A stretch of DNA of 64,000 nucleotides from Octopus sinensis (lineage: Eukaryota), in the NCBI RefSeq assembly GCF_006345805.1, contig NW_021830466.1, positions 1,029 to 65,028 on the forward strand, given 5' to 3'. The notes beneath the pieces are model-generated. The model saw nothing but the letters and a program-made list of their open reading frames with translations, searched no databases and was not told the DNA's origin. The translations under genes and the position numbers were made by a program. Shown here in pieces: positions 1-14,024 of the stretch. Positions within the stretch are counted from its first letter, which is position 1; every line of letters starts with the position of its first letter.

Positions 1-306
1 GAGTTTTAAAATGAAAATATCTGAAATAAACTCAACTGCTCTCACAAATGAGAAAACTAAAAATGAACCCAACTGCTTTCAAAAATTAAGTAAAAGAAAC
101 AAGAAAAATAATCCAGAATCCTTTGTCCTGTACTGGATCGATCCCGAAATCTAATCAGTTTGTACCAGTCATGAGGCCAAATATCCTTGAAAGTTTCATT
201 AGAATCAATCCAGCGGTTCTTGAGAGATCTTGTCCACAGACAAACAAACAAACAAACAAACACAACTGAAACTAATACTTCCGCCTTCGCTAAGGTGGAA
301 GTAATA
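1..306 (-). mobile_element. Partial copy of the 26067-26394 element (runs off the window start)
   Basis: Matches 5785-6050. Confidence 0.75.
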
Positions 307-922
307 ATAATAATAATAATAATACTAATATTTCTTAATAATTTTGGCACAAGGCCAGCACTTTTACTCACCTTACACATGAAGGGGTCCTCTGAGGCAC
401 CTAATCACCATTATTTATCTCTTTGTAGCTCCTAACCATTCTAACCTTCTCTTTTAAACACAAGCAGCCATGTAGCCCCTCCTCTTCAACAGGAACCTCA
501 ACTCTCCCATTTTCCCTTATTCTTTATTGCCTCATCTCAAAGTATAGAACTGCATTCCACTCCCATGTTTCATAGTTCTAGTCTTGTGAGCAGCATGGCA
601 ACCTCATTAGTGCTGGTGCCAAGGAAAATCACCTGCTACACACTGTAAAGGACATCCAGCAGATACTGCAGCTCTAAGCACTTCTTGAACCCAACAGACC
701 CTTTCAATCCACATCACTCAAGACAGCCTCGACATTAAATGATGATGGATATGCAACCATTTACTGGTTGCATAGCTATGACTTTTTACACATTCCATCT
801 GTTAATTATGAACATTATGATTATTGCATAATTCCAAGCTTCCAGAAACAGCTGTTGAGTTAAAAAACTAAGCATTCTTTTCTCAGTGTCCTGTATTTTC
901 TATGCTCTATGTAAATTTATTT

Positions 923-962
<40 letters not shown>

Positions 963-2109
963 GCATACACACACACATATGTATGTATATATGTACATAT
1001 ATATATATTTTTTGTTTTCAAACCTATATGCCTTTGTATATTCTTTTATCCTTTTACTTGTTTCATTCACATTTGCCCGGGGCCATGCTGGAGCACCACC
1101 TTAAGGTGTTTTAGTTGAAAAGAACGACTCAAAGACTTATTCTTTGTAAGCCTATACGATGGGCTTCTTTCAGTTTCTGTTTATCAAATCCATTCACAAG
1201 GCTTTGGTCAGCCTAAGGCTACAGTATAAGCCACTTGCCTAAGGTGCCACGCAGTGGGACTGAACCTGGAACGATGTGGTTGGGAAGCAAGCTTCTTACC
1301 ACACAGCCACACCTGAACATTCCGATCACCATTATCCTCATTCAATGTCCTCTTTTCCATGGCTGCATACATCAGACAGAGCTTGCTGATGCAGTTTTTT
1401 TATGGCCTTTTTCACCATCGATCCTCACTTGTTTCCAATTGACTTAACAGTTTCCATAGCAAGACACGTTTAACCATGTAAAACTGGAAATAAACAACAC
1501 TGCTTGTATGATGGTCAGACTTGTTTACAACCACTGTGCAATGAATAGACAAGGGTGCACCGGCAAGCACACACACACACACACACATATATGAGAAAGG
1601 ATTCAGTTTCCATACATCAAATTCACTCACAGGACCATGGTCAGCCTGGAGAGATATAGTAGAAGACACTTGTGCAAGCTGCTGTGAAGTGGGACTGAAC
1701 TCAAGACCACAGAGTTGGGAAGCAAACCTCTCAATACAACAGTGACACCTACACCTATCTATACACCACACACACACACACACAGACATATATATGTATA
1801 TGCATGAATATTTTAGAGGCTCTGAGAAAACTACAAGGTGATGCACCATCACTCAGCTCTGATTGCATTGCATCTGATAGAAAAAAACTGCTGTAAGCCA
1901 ATGCAGTTGATTACATGAATCCTGTTCTCTTGTCCTTTCTTTAATTTCATATTATGCTCTGTACTTGCCTAATGCTTTATTCTAAAGTGTATGTGCATTG
2001 AATTCTATCAGCAAGTTATTAGTAGCATTACACATAAGTGAAATCTTAAAACACACACACACACAGAGCCACACCTATATGTACACACCACACACATTCA
2101 TAGAGAAAT

Positions 2110-2290
2110 ACATCATCATCATCATCACCATTTAATGTCTGTTGTCCATGCTGGCATGGGTTGGATGGTTTGAGCAGGGCTGGCCAGCTGGAAAGCTGCA
2201 TCAAACTCCAGTCTCTTTTGGCATGGTTTCTACGGCTGGATGCCCTTCTTAACACCAACCACTCCAAGAGTGTAACGGGTGCTTTTTATG
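2110..2290 (-). mobile_element. Retroposon 3' end with (TGA)n tail (related pieces at ~590-750 and 13760-13940)
   Basis: CATCATCATC...GGCATGGGTTGGATGG...GGCTGGATGCCCTTC.TAAC.CCAACC; resembles RTE-type retroposon tails (inference). Confidence 0.55.
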
Positions 2291-2914
2291 TGACTCCGGC
2301 ACAGGTGCCATTTGCATGACAGGTCTTCTCAAGCATGACACAGTACCAATGGACTTTTTTTCTCCATGAGGCCCAATGCTCGAAGCATGGAATAATTCCA
2401 AATAGTCTCAGTCTTTGTCTCTGTGAAGCCCAATGTATCTCTCTATCTCTCTATCTATATTCTCATCCAAGATAGAGATGGGAACCAATATTCTATGTGG
2501 AAGGCTTGATAATTGTTGAGATAATTGTTGGCATAATGCCAAAAGGTCTCAGTCTCTGCCTTTGTGAGATCCAATATATCTATCTATCTATCTATCCATC
2601 TATCTATTTATATCTTTATATATATATCTATATCTATCTATCTATCTATCTATCTACCTATCTATCTATCTATCTATCTATCTACCTATCTATCTATCTA
2701 TCTATCTATCTATATATATATATATATATATATATACATTCTCATCCAAGATGGAGATGAGAACCAACATTCCGTATGGAAGGCTTGATAATTGTTAAGA
2801 GACTTCTCTTTGCATGAAACCATTGGTAGCCTCTGTTAACCCACAAATAAAAAATATTTATCCAGTGATGCACTGCTGACCACTCACGTCACTGTTCGAT
2901 ATATATATATATAT

Positions 2915-2950
<36 letters not shown>

Positions 2951-3263
2951 CATACACAAACAGAGATGGTGAAGTTTCACACCAGTTGTTTACAGTGTGG
3001 TCTACATTATGATGGTATGGAGAAAGAAAAAAAAGAAGGAAAACAAACAAGCAAACAATAAAAACTGTTCAAAGTATTTTGTCCATTTCTTACAAGACTC
3101 AACTTCATTCAATGAGAATCGATGTCTGTGGGGAATAGAAACCAATTTCTAATGCCAAGATCATGAATTAAGGAATTCCACAGAATTATTGCTTTGCACT
3201 GCAACATTGGCAATAATGATAATAACTATATCAATAACGAAAACAAGGATAATAATAATAATG

Positions 3264-3311
<48 letters not shown>

Positions 3312-3344
3312 TGATAATAATAATAATAGTAATAATAATAATCC

Positions 3345-3552
3345 TTTCTACTAATGGCACAAGGCCTGAAATTTGTTGGGAGGGAACAGGTTGACTACAT
3401 CAACCCTGGTGTTTCAGTGGTACTTAATTTATTGACCTTGAAAAAATGAAAAAGTTGACTTTGGTGGAATTTGAACTCAGGACATAAAGACGGATGAAAT
3501 ACCACTAAGCATTTTGCCCAGTGGGCTAACAATTCTGCCAGCTCGCCACCTT
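3345..3552 (-). mobile_element. SINE family A, CpG-decayed copy (further copies at 6075-6490, 22645-22780, 25274-25830, 47800-48010, 49375-49520, 54835-55020, 60365-60530, 61220-61690)
   Basis: Shared GGAATTTGAACTCAG core and CTGCCAGCTCGCC head on plus. Coordinates of the additional copies are approximate. Confidence 0.8.
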
Positions 3553-3613
3553 AACAACAACAACAGCAAAAACAATAATAGTAATGATAATAATAATAAT
3601 AATAATAATAATG

Positions 3614-3644
<31 letters not shown>

Positions 3645-3651
3645 TAATAAT

Positions 3652-4096
3652 CATTGGAAACTGGACATAGTCTTAATTGAGAAAGAAAACAAAAGAATAG
3701 GAAGCCAGACATAGTCTTAATTGAGAAAGAAAACAAACTATGCTGGATCATAGATATAGCATGCCCAGCTGACAACAAGGTATGCAATAAGGAAGAAAGA
3801 AAAGTCGATACATATGACAGGTTAGCTTGGGAAGTTAAGCAGTTGTGGTCGATGAAAAAGGTAGCAGTAGTACCAATAATTATCGGATCCCTCAGAACAG
3901 TGAGCAAAAATCACGAGAAGTACATGGAACAAATAGGGGCTGCAATATGAGTAGGGCACTTGCAGAAAACAGCACTGCTTAGAACCGCTTCAATACTCCG
4001 GAAGGTGCTTGAAAAATAAGAGGTGTTACCTTAGTTCACTGGTAGTGAACAGCTGAAACTGTTGTACATCTCCAGCATTAGAAGCAGTGCCAAGGC

Positions 4097-4097
<1 letters not shown>
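3652..4097 (+). mobile_element. 3' fragment of a second R4/Dong-like LINE family (RLE domain + 3' UTR)
   Basis: Translates KLDIVLIEKENKLCWIIDIACPADNKV...KVAVVPIIIGSL...LQKTALLRTASILRKVLEK* with an internal stop and a short tandem duplication. (AAT)n on both sides. Confidence 0.8.
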
Positions 4098-4152
<55 letters not shown>

Positions 4153-4153
4153 C

Positions 4154-4204
<51 letters not shown>

Positions 4205-4930
4205 TATTATTATTATTATTATTATAATTATATTCATGGGGCACAATTTTTGTTACACTGGTGAAAGAAGGGTACAGTTGATTATATCATTGACAAAACT
4301 GAACAGGGTTGTATTTTTTTGACCAATGAAGGTTGCAAACTGAAAGTAATAACATTATTAATTTTATTCTTTCACATGTTTCAGCCCTAAGGATGTGGCC
4401 ATGCTGCGGAAAACTAGCAATATATATGTTTGTATACACAAATGTAAGGACACAAATGTAAGGATCCACATGCACATGCACACACACGCACACACAAATG
4501 TAGAGATCCATATATGTGTACACACACACATGTGTGTGTTTATGGGTATGTATATGTGTATATATATGTGTACATATATATATATACGTATATATATATG
4601 AGTGTATATATATATGTGTGTGTGTGTGTGTATATATATTTGCTATAAACATACTCATGCACACATTGATGTCTAATATAAACTAATATATACATATTTT
4701 TACATATTTTTATTATATGTGCATCATATATCTATGGTATATATTATATATCATGTATGTATGATATCAATGACATCATATGCGTACAATAAAATATATA
4801 CTATCATGCACATTATGCACACACATGTATATAATGCATAATGTATATTATGTGTATGTATATTTACATAAATACATACAACCATATACATACATATACA
4901 TACATATATATATATATATATATGTTACCC

Positions 4931-5025
<95 letters not shown>

Positions 5026-5344
5026 GTATATATATTTGGGGTAACATTTATTTTGTGTCCACTGAACAAATGCATGTGAAAACAGCCAATAGAGCTAACA
5101 AGCCCAATTTGGCACGGCAGCGAGTATTGAATGTTGATATAGAGTTCAACAGTATCTGACAATCATTCTAGGTTTATGGAGTTGCTGAATGTTATACTGA
5201 AGTATAACAGTATTTAATAATGCTAACACACACATATATATTAACTAAAATTACATGTGTTTTAAGTTTTGGTAGAAAAAACACATTGATGTGCAAAGGA
5301 AATTCTTGTTGATTTATGGCCAAGTTTGTAAAACAGAAAGGAAA

Positions 5345-5355
5345 TAAGAATAACG

Positions 5356-5405
<50 letters not shown>

Positions 5406-5412
5406 GATGATG

Positions 5413-5476
<64 letters not shown>

Positions 5477-5582
5477 TGATAATAATAATAATGTTAGTAA
5501 TAATAATAATAATGATAATAATAATGATAATAATAATAATGATAATAATAATGATAATAATAATAATTTAATAATAATAATA

Positions 5583-5626
<44 letters not shown>

Positions 5627-5666
5627 AATAATAATAATGATAATAATAATAATAGTAATAATAATA

Positions 5667-5722
<56 letters not shown>
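5345..5722. repeat. (AAT)n/(GAT)n trinucleotide array (others at 3250-3340, 4097-4230, 8460-8585, 47315-47420, 50730-51070, 59920-60030)
   Basis: Direct inspection; source of the poly-N/I/Y/M ORFs. Confidence 0.9.
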
Positions 5723-5724
<2 letters not shown>

Positions 5725-6051
5725 GAGAGTACAAATCTCCACCGAAGCAACACCAAAGTCCCTTCAACGATTAGCCAGAGATGATTTTTAAAATGAGAAT
5801 ATCTGAAATAAACTCAACTACTCTCACAAATGAGAATACTAAAAATGAACCCGACTGCTCTCAAAAATTAAGTAAAAAATTGGTAAAATAATCCAGAATC
5901 CTTGTCAGGTACTGGATTGATCCCAAAATCTAATCAGTTTGTGTCAGTCACGAGGCCAAACATCTCTGAAAGATTTATCTGAATCTATCCAGCAGTTCTT
6001 GAGATATCTTGTCTATGGACAAACAAACAAACGCTGAGGCGGAGGTAATAA
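5722..6051 (-). mobile_element. Copy of the 26067-26394 element, in (AAT)n
   Basis: Direct sequence similarity (GGATCGATCCC.AAATCTAATCAGTT etc.); ends GGCGGAGGTAATAAT on plus. Confidence 0.75.
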
Positions 6052-7841
6052 TAATAATAATAATAATTAATATAATGGTTTTAAATTTTGTCACAAAGCC
6101 AGCAATTTCAGGGGGAGTGGGTAAGTCGATTGCACTGACTCCAATGCTTAAGTGATGCTTTTGTCATTGACCCTGAAGGGAAGTAAGCAAGTTGGTCCTC
6201 GGTGGCATTTGAACTCAGAACCCTTTTGGCCAATACACTAACAATTCTACCAGCTTGCCGCCTTAATAATAATTATTTCTATTATAGGGACAATAACTGA
6301 AATTTGGTGGGTGCCCAGTTGATTACATTGATCCTCAGTATGTAACTGGTACTTATTTTCTTGACCGTGGAAGAATGAAAAGCAAAGTTGACCTCAGCAG
6401 GATTTGAACTCAGAACATAAAGACAGATGAACTGTCAGTATGAATTCTGTCCAGGGTGTTAATGATACTTCCAGCTTGCCACCTTGATAATAATAATATA
6501 ATTCTTTCAAATTTTGGTTAGTAATTTTGAGAGGAGGGGCATGTTGATTACATTGATCCCAGTATTTGACTGCTACTTAATTTTATATATATGAGGAAGC
6601 CAGAATGGTTTTGGCTAGAATGGTGTTTATTATTTTTGATTATAGGTTTACATGATCAGAACTAACCTGCTGACTGGAAAATAATAATACAGTAGACAGA
6701 AAAAAGGTTTGAGAAAGAAAAAGGTGATATGCGTGTGGGTATGTTGGAGGTGTGCAAGTGGAAAGAAAGTTGTTGTGCTTAGGGAGAGTAAGAGATTTAT
6801 GTCAATATAGGAAAATCAAGAGGAAGTGGTTCAGTGGAGCAGCAGAGAGAAAATTTGGTTATACAGAAGGATAGGGTGATCAATGTAAAATGTCAGTAGA
6901 GAGGGACAACAAAAGATGGATATCAAATAAAGTGATCCCAAGTAGTGAGAAAGATAACTGATATCACAAAAAAAGATGATAGAATATGTAATTCAGCAAT
7001 TTTTTTTAATTACAGCAGCAGAATACTGTAGGTAGACAAATGGAGCTGACCAAAACTCTATTTTCTATAAACCACAACAGTTGAGGTGCAGGGTGTCATT
7101 ACTGCTCTCACCTATACGATACAATCCATGCAATGAAGCTTTGGAAATGGTAATATTTCATTGTCAAAAATTAGCATGATACCCTGACTGTTTTAACAAA
7201 AGGACCACTGTGTGTTTAGGGTTTGAAGAAAAGTTCTGGTCATTAACATAATTGATAAACAATAATTAACTGTCTGAAAATCTTGACTTTATCTGTTCAG
7301 AGAATATAACCTGCTTTTGGCTGAAAGGATGGAAAGAAAACCACAGAACTTGCATTGTTCCAATTACCTTTTTTTCTTTCAAAGTGGTATCATTGAAATT
7401 CTCAGTAAATGCAGTTCTTTTGGTAAAAGATAATTTATTCCTACAATGCATCTTGGATGTGAATGGATATAGACAGAAGAAGAAGAATCCTTATAAAATG
7501 ATTTAAACTAACCTTTCAGCCCACCATTTTTGTACTAGAAAGAAGGCAGGGCTGATCTCTTCAAGAATATACATATAATTAATTTTGTCTATTTAAATTC
7601 AAGTTTTTTTTTACAGAAATTTAAGTAACAACATCTTTATTATTTCATTTAAAAAAATGGGGATAATCAATTGACATTGTTACCAAAACGTTGTTTAGGA
7701 GTTAAGGATGTGGGAAAAAGGCTGCAGAAACAGCTGTAAGCTAATGAAGTTAATTATGAATTCCTGTTCCCCCATAATTTATATATGTATATATATATGT
7801 ATGTGTGTGTGTGTGTGTGTATGTGTGTGTGTGTGTGTATG

Positions 7842-7880
<39 letters not shown>

Positions 7881-8488
7881 GTATATGTATGTATGTATGT
7901 ATGTATGTATATGATATATGTTTGAAAAAATTTTTGAACAATGCAGATGAGAAATTAGGCAAAATATGTAAAGTGATGTCGATATGTAGAAAAAACAAAC
8001 AGGAAAGATATTGTATTAGTATACATATTTTGTTTAATATTTCAGGATACATTCCCATGTTCAAATAAAACAAAGAAAATAATCAAAGAGCTTGGAGACA
8101 TATGCTGGTACTGGTCGGTTATTTTAGTTTGTCTGTGTGTGTGCATACATGCATGCATGCATGTATGCACACACATGCATACATGCATGCATGTATGTAT
8201 GTAAAACAATTTTGTGATCCTGAAATGGCAATTATTTAATAAATTTTTATATTGGAATTTATTGCATTTTCTAATAGATAACAACAATGATGATAGGAGA
8301 GCATGATGGGAATTTTCAACACTATCAGACTATCACAATTTTTTTTTTTGGTTTTGGTGGGGGAGAAGTATGGGGAACAGGAGTGGTGTTAGATTAATAC
8401 TATTACTTGGCTGGAAACATTTTACTGAGCTGGATGGATGACAGACAAAATAAACTGAATAATAATAATAATGATAATAATAATAATA

Positions 8489-8552
<64 letters not shown>

Positions 8553-8587
8553 TAATAATAATAATCATGATAATAATAATAATAATA

Positions 8588-8849
8588 TACAGACTTGTGA
8601 ACAGATGCCGAAAGAATGTGTAATATGAAAACAAAAGTGATACAAATTGTGATTGGAACTCTTGGGTCAGTGATGAAAAGCCTTCAGAAACACTTTGACG
8701 CAGTTGGTGTATCTGTCCCAGCATTATGACATTGCAAAAGACAACACTTTTGGGAACAGAAAATATCCTGTTGAAAGTATTGTCTAATTGAAGTTATACA
8801 ACTTGATAAACCATCTAACGTTAACATGATCATCACTGTGCAGATGAAG

Positions 8850-8850
<1 letters not shown>
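8588..8850 (+). mobile_element. 3' fragment of a third R4/Dong-like LINE (RLE C-terminus)
   Basis: MKTKVIQIVIGTLGSV... then frameshifted LQKTTLLGTENILLKVLSN*. Preceded by (AAT)n and followed by (AGT)n/(AAT)n. Confidence 0.65.
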
Positions 8851-8899
<49 letters not shown>

Positions 8900-8914
8900 A
8901 TAATAATAATAATA

Positions 8915-9215
8915 ATAGCAAAAGGGGCTGATTGCTACCTAGCTCAGATACCAGGAAACCCCAAAATGGCAGAAATTCAAAAGATAGTGCTCGTGGGAAC
9001 TGCCCATATCCTACGTAAATACTGTCTATATAATCTCAAATTTTAAAACAAAACACATAATTTTCTATGGTTTCTTAACATTCTCTAGAATAAGACTATG
9101 TACAAAACCAAATATACGGCACCCTATTCATAACACCAATACTAACTTTTCTCTTGAGGTCTCTGGGTGAGACTTGGAGTCAACTTGACAAATGCAAAGC
9201 AAAAGTCAAGCATAA

Positions 9216-9216
<1 letters not shown>
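8915..9216 (+). mobile_element. 3'-end fragment of the same LINE family as 20545-22570
   Basis: Near-identical to 22257-22570 (GCAAAAGG..GATTGCTACCTA.CTCAGATACCAGGAAACCCCAAAATGGCAG ... CAAAGCAAAAGTCAA). Flanked by (AAT)n on both sides. Confidence 0.88.
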
Positions 9217-9272
<56 letters not shown>

Positions 9273-9791
9273 TCATAATCATAAAAATAATAATAAATAA
9301 TCATAATAATAATCTAATGTATGAAATTTATGGGGGGAAAACAGTTCATTACATGAATTCCTGTACTTCAGTTGTATCTGTTCTAGAGTCTGTAGAAGGG
9401 TGAATGGCAAGAAAGTCAACATTACTATGGGTTGCAACTGTAATATGAAGGGACTTGTTGAATAATATTTGGCATTTTATTTGATGCTAACATTAACTCT
9501 ATGATCCAATGTTTGTGAATTAGCACTTAATATTAGATAGAGGGTGGCGGTGGGAGGAAAAGAGTTGGGGGTGAATGGTCGTTAGTTGAAAATTGAAGTA
9601 ATAAATATTTTGAACATAGGCACAAAGCCTTTAAAGGCAGATATTGTAAGATATATTGTAAGGTGGACAGAAAAATAAATGATAAAATATATTTTTCTCT
9701 TAGGTTATTAAATATGTGTGAAGATGTGTGTGCGTGAGAGCGAGTGTGTGTGTATACATACATGTATGTGTATGTGTGTGTGTATGTATAT

Positions 9792-9837
<46 letters not shown>

Positions 9838-10104
9838 GCATGGTTGCAGCTCTCAACTTGAAACTAATAAAAAAAATACACACACACACACATATGTAAA
9901 TGTACATAAACATGTATTTATACTTAGACACGTATATGTATATTTAATTGTACACACACACACATATATATGTACATACATACAAGTATATGTACATACA
10001 TACATGTAAACATATATATATATACGTATATGTTTGGTTATATATCTGTGCATTTGTGCGCATGTATGTATATCTGAATCAATATATATGTAAATATATA
10101 CACA

Positions 10105-10320
10105 CATTTATGTAAATATATGTGTATCTATATATATGTATATATATATATGCCTACACACATTTATGCAAATATGTGTGTATCTATCTATATATATTAT
10201 ATATATATATGCCTACACACATTTATGCAAATATGTGTGTATCTATCTATATATATGTATATATATATATGCCTACACACATTTATGCAAATATGTGTGT
10301 ATCTATCTATATATTTCTAT
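10105..10320. repeat. ~55-60-bp minisatellite, about 3.5 units
   Basis: Repeated GCCTACACACATTTATGCAAATATGTGTGTATCTATCTAT. Confidence 0.85.
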
Positions 10321-10639
10321 ATGTTCAGTATCTTTTAACCATTTTGATTGTAGCAGAAAAGTGCAGTGAAACACAACATACATGAGCAATGTAATGAAAA
10401 ATGTTAAATGATTAGAAAACAATAATAACCAGCGTCAAAAAACAGAACATCTACTGAAGAAAACATCACGGACATGCACACACAAACACACGCACATTTA
10501 TATTGACCTTATATATATAGACAAACAAAACACATACTCTGTGTGTGCATGTGTGCGTGTGTGTAAGACAAAGATGAAGATATCAGTTACAACACAAGTT
10601 TAATTTTGGTAACAATTGTTTCTGTAGCATTCTACATTA

Positions 10640-10716
10640 AATCACATTTAGAATTATGTGTGAAAAATTAAACAACAGATATTATTGTATGTATGTATAT
10701 ATATTATATACATACA

Positions 10717-10756
<40 letters not shown>

Positions 10757-10880
10757 ATATATACATACATATATATATATGTATATATATATACATACAT
10801 ACATATATATGTATATATGTATATATATACATATATCCATACATATATATAGGTATGTATGTATGTATATAATATATATA

Positions 10881-10937
<57 letters not shown>

Positions 10938-10983
10938 CGAGTATATATGTGCAATACATGTAAGTATATATGTTTATATATGC

Positions 10984-11014
<31 letters not shown>

Positions 11015-11272
11015 CGAGTATATATATGCATATACATGTAAGTATATATGTTTATATATGCAGGTATATATATATATATATTATATATATCATATATATA
11101 TGCATATACTGTAATATATATGTTTTATATGCAGGTATTTATATCAGCCGAATTGGCTAAGATGATATGGGTCTTGACTGATGACTGAGGGCTTCGAATG
11201 TCCCGTCCTGTGTTCTTTATGTCTTCTATGTGTGTTTATATCTTGTCCATTCTGTAATTATGTACTTATATT

Positions 11273-11303
<31 letters not shown>

Positions 11304-11367
11304 TATGTTATTTATATTATAATATATATTATATATATATATATATATATTATATATTATATATATT

Positions 11368-11398
<31 letters not shown>

Positions 11399-11775
11399 TT
11401 ATATATATTTATATATATATAAAATTATTATATATAGATATTATATAAATATATATATAAATATATATATAAATATATAGATAATAATACCTGCATATAT
11501 AAACTATATACTTACATGTATATGCATATATATACTCGTATATATCTATATATATATATATATACCTGCATATATAACATATATACTTACATGTATATGC
11601 ACATATATACTCGTATATTATATATATATTATATATATATATATAATATATATATATTATATATTATATAATATATATATATTATATACATACATACATA
11701 TATAAATATATATAAATATATATATAATATAATATATATATATATATAAATATATATATAAATATATATATATAT

Positions 11776-11838
<63 letters not shown>

Positions 11839-11973
11839 GATATATATATATAATATATATATATGTGTATGTATAGATATAAGTACCTATATAAGTATAT
11901 ATAGATATGTATGTGTGTGAGTATATATATTATAAAATATATATATAAAATATATTATTATAAATATATTATA

Positions 11974-12047
<74 letters not shown>

Positions 12048-12170
12048 ATATGTGTATGTATAGATATAAGTACCTAATAAGTATATATAGATATGTATGT
12101 GTGTGAGTATATATATATATAAATATATATATATATATGATATATATAGATATAGATATATATACATGCA
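10640..12170. repeat. Degenerate (TA)n array
   Basis: Direct inspection; internal local duplications. Confidence 0.9.
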
Positions 12171-12854
12171 CACGTATATGACAAACGCATGAATGTGCCA
12201 CTTACGCACACACACACACATGCACACATATGGATACACTAGATACAAACATTAAGATAACGGTAAAATTAACAGAAGCAGGAATTTTATAACAATAATA
12301 TAAATGACAATAGTCTTGTGATGTCGTGTTGCTGTGGTAACGGTGAGGTGGGGGTGGCAGTCGAGGTCGATAGTAGTGGCGACAGTGGTGGGTTGTGGTG
12401 GTGGTGGGGGGGCGGTAGCAGTCATAGTCGTAGTAGTTGTAGGGGGTGATGGTAGTAGTGGTGGTGGTGGTAGTAGTAGTAGTAGTTGTTGTGGTGGTAA
12501 CTGTAGTTTGTATTTTGTCGTAGTACTCTTATCAGTAGTATGAGTTGTATTTGTTGCTGTTGTTGTTGGTGGCGTTCATGTAGTAGTAGTAGGAGGAGGA
12601 GGAGGAGCAGCAGCAGAAATGGCCATGTTGGAGGTGTAGTAGTAGTAGTGGTAGTGGTAGTAGTAAGAGAGAATTAGTAGAGGTGGTATTCGTGAGGGTG
12701 GGGTGGGGGATTTGTTTGTGGGGGGTGGGAGCACGGCATATTGTGATGGGTGTTGTCGTGGTGGTTGTGTTGGTGGTGGATGTGGAGGTGGTAGTTGGTG
12801 ATGGTGTCGGGGTGGTGAGAGTGGTGAAGATTGTTACAGGTGATCCAAATAAGC

Positions 12855-12886
<32 letters not shown>

Positions 12887-12914
12887 GATAGATAGATAGA
12901 TAGATAGAAAGATT

Positions 12915-12969
<55 letters not shown>

Positions 12970-12989
12970 GTGATTTAGTTGAGAATTCT

Positions 12990-13174
12990 TTAGTAAGTGC
13001 CACACTTTCGAATGTTGAATTCAACTATCATTTCGAGCATATTTTCCAGAACATTCCTCATCTTTGTCTCATCGACAGCACAGGTTATATGTGTATAGAT
13101 GTTCTTCTTGTTGGGTTTCTTCTCCAGAAACTTGTCCTTGATATACTCCTGGCACTGTTCAGGACTGTTGTCTC
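12990..13174 (-). CDS. G-alpha terminal coding exon 7 ([16 protein letters not shown]...[36 protein letters not shown])
   Basis: Absent from the ORF track in this frame and translated by hand. Strong acceptor TTTTCTATTTGATTCGCAG, HxTCAVD motif, TAA at 12992-12990. Confidence 0.93.
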
Positions 13175-13251
13175 CTGCGAATCAAATAGAAAACAGAAAA
13201 AAGTCACAATCAGCTCAGCCCTTACCTTCTCCACTTCAAGATATTGTAAGC

Positions 13252-13333
<82 letters not shown>

Positions 13334-13974
13334 AAGAAAGAGAGGGTGAGACAGTGAAAGAAGGAGAGAGAGAGTGTGTGTGTATGTGTATGTGTCCGTG
13401 TGTGTGTATGTGAGAGAGAAAGAGAGAGAAATAGAGAGAGAGGGTGAGAGAGTGAGAGATGGAGAGAGAGACAGTGGGAAGGGGTGAAAGACAGAGAGAA
13501 GGAGAGAAAGACAGCGAGAGTGGGAAAAAGTGGGAGAGGAAACAGAGAGAGACAGAGAGAGAAAGAGAGGAAGAGAGACATACAGACTGGCTGACAGATC
13601 AAGTTTGAAAGAGAGAGAGAGATAAACAGACAGAGGCTGATACACACACACACACACCCACACACACATAGAGAGAGAGAGAGTGAGAGAAAATTTTAAC
13701 CCTTTTCCTACTGACCCACCCGAAACTTCTTCCCACCCTGGTTCTGTGATACACCATATTCATCATCATTTTAATATTCATTTTTCCATGCTTGAATGAG
13801 GTCTGACGAAATTCAGTGAGGTAGGTTTTTCCCATGGCCAGATACCTTTCTTGCTCCAAATAAGTTAGGCTTTTCCCATGGCCAGACATGTTTCCACGGA
13901 AGATTGGAAACAAAGGTCACACTCTTTGTATCATTTTGACGCTCAATTGCTACTATCCAGCAAGGTCAATACAA

Positions 13975-14024
<50 letters not shown>

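Noticed and set aside
2440-2800. ~65-bp direct repeat flanking a (TATC)n tract
   Set aside because: Ordinary local slippage duplication; no spacer array, so not CRISPR-like.
5045-5160. Short open frames on both strands ([26 protein letters not shown] / [18 protein letters not shown])
   Set aside because: Weak splice sites, ambiguous strand, no recognisable homology.
9470-12989. Polyadenylation signal for the G-alpha gene
   Set aside because: No convincing nearby AATAAA on minus; distant matches in AT-rich repeats are uninformative.
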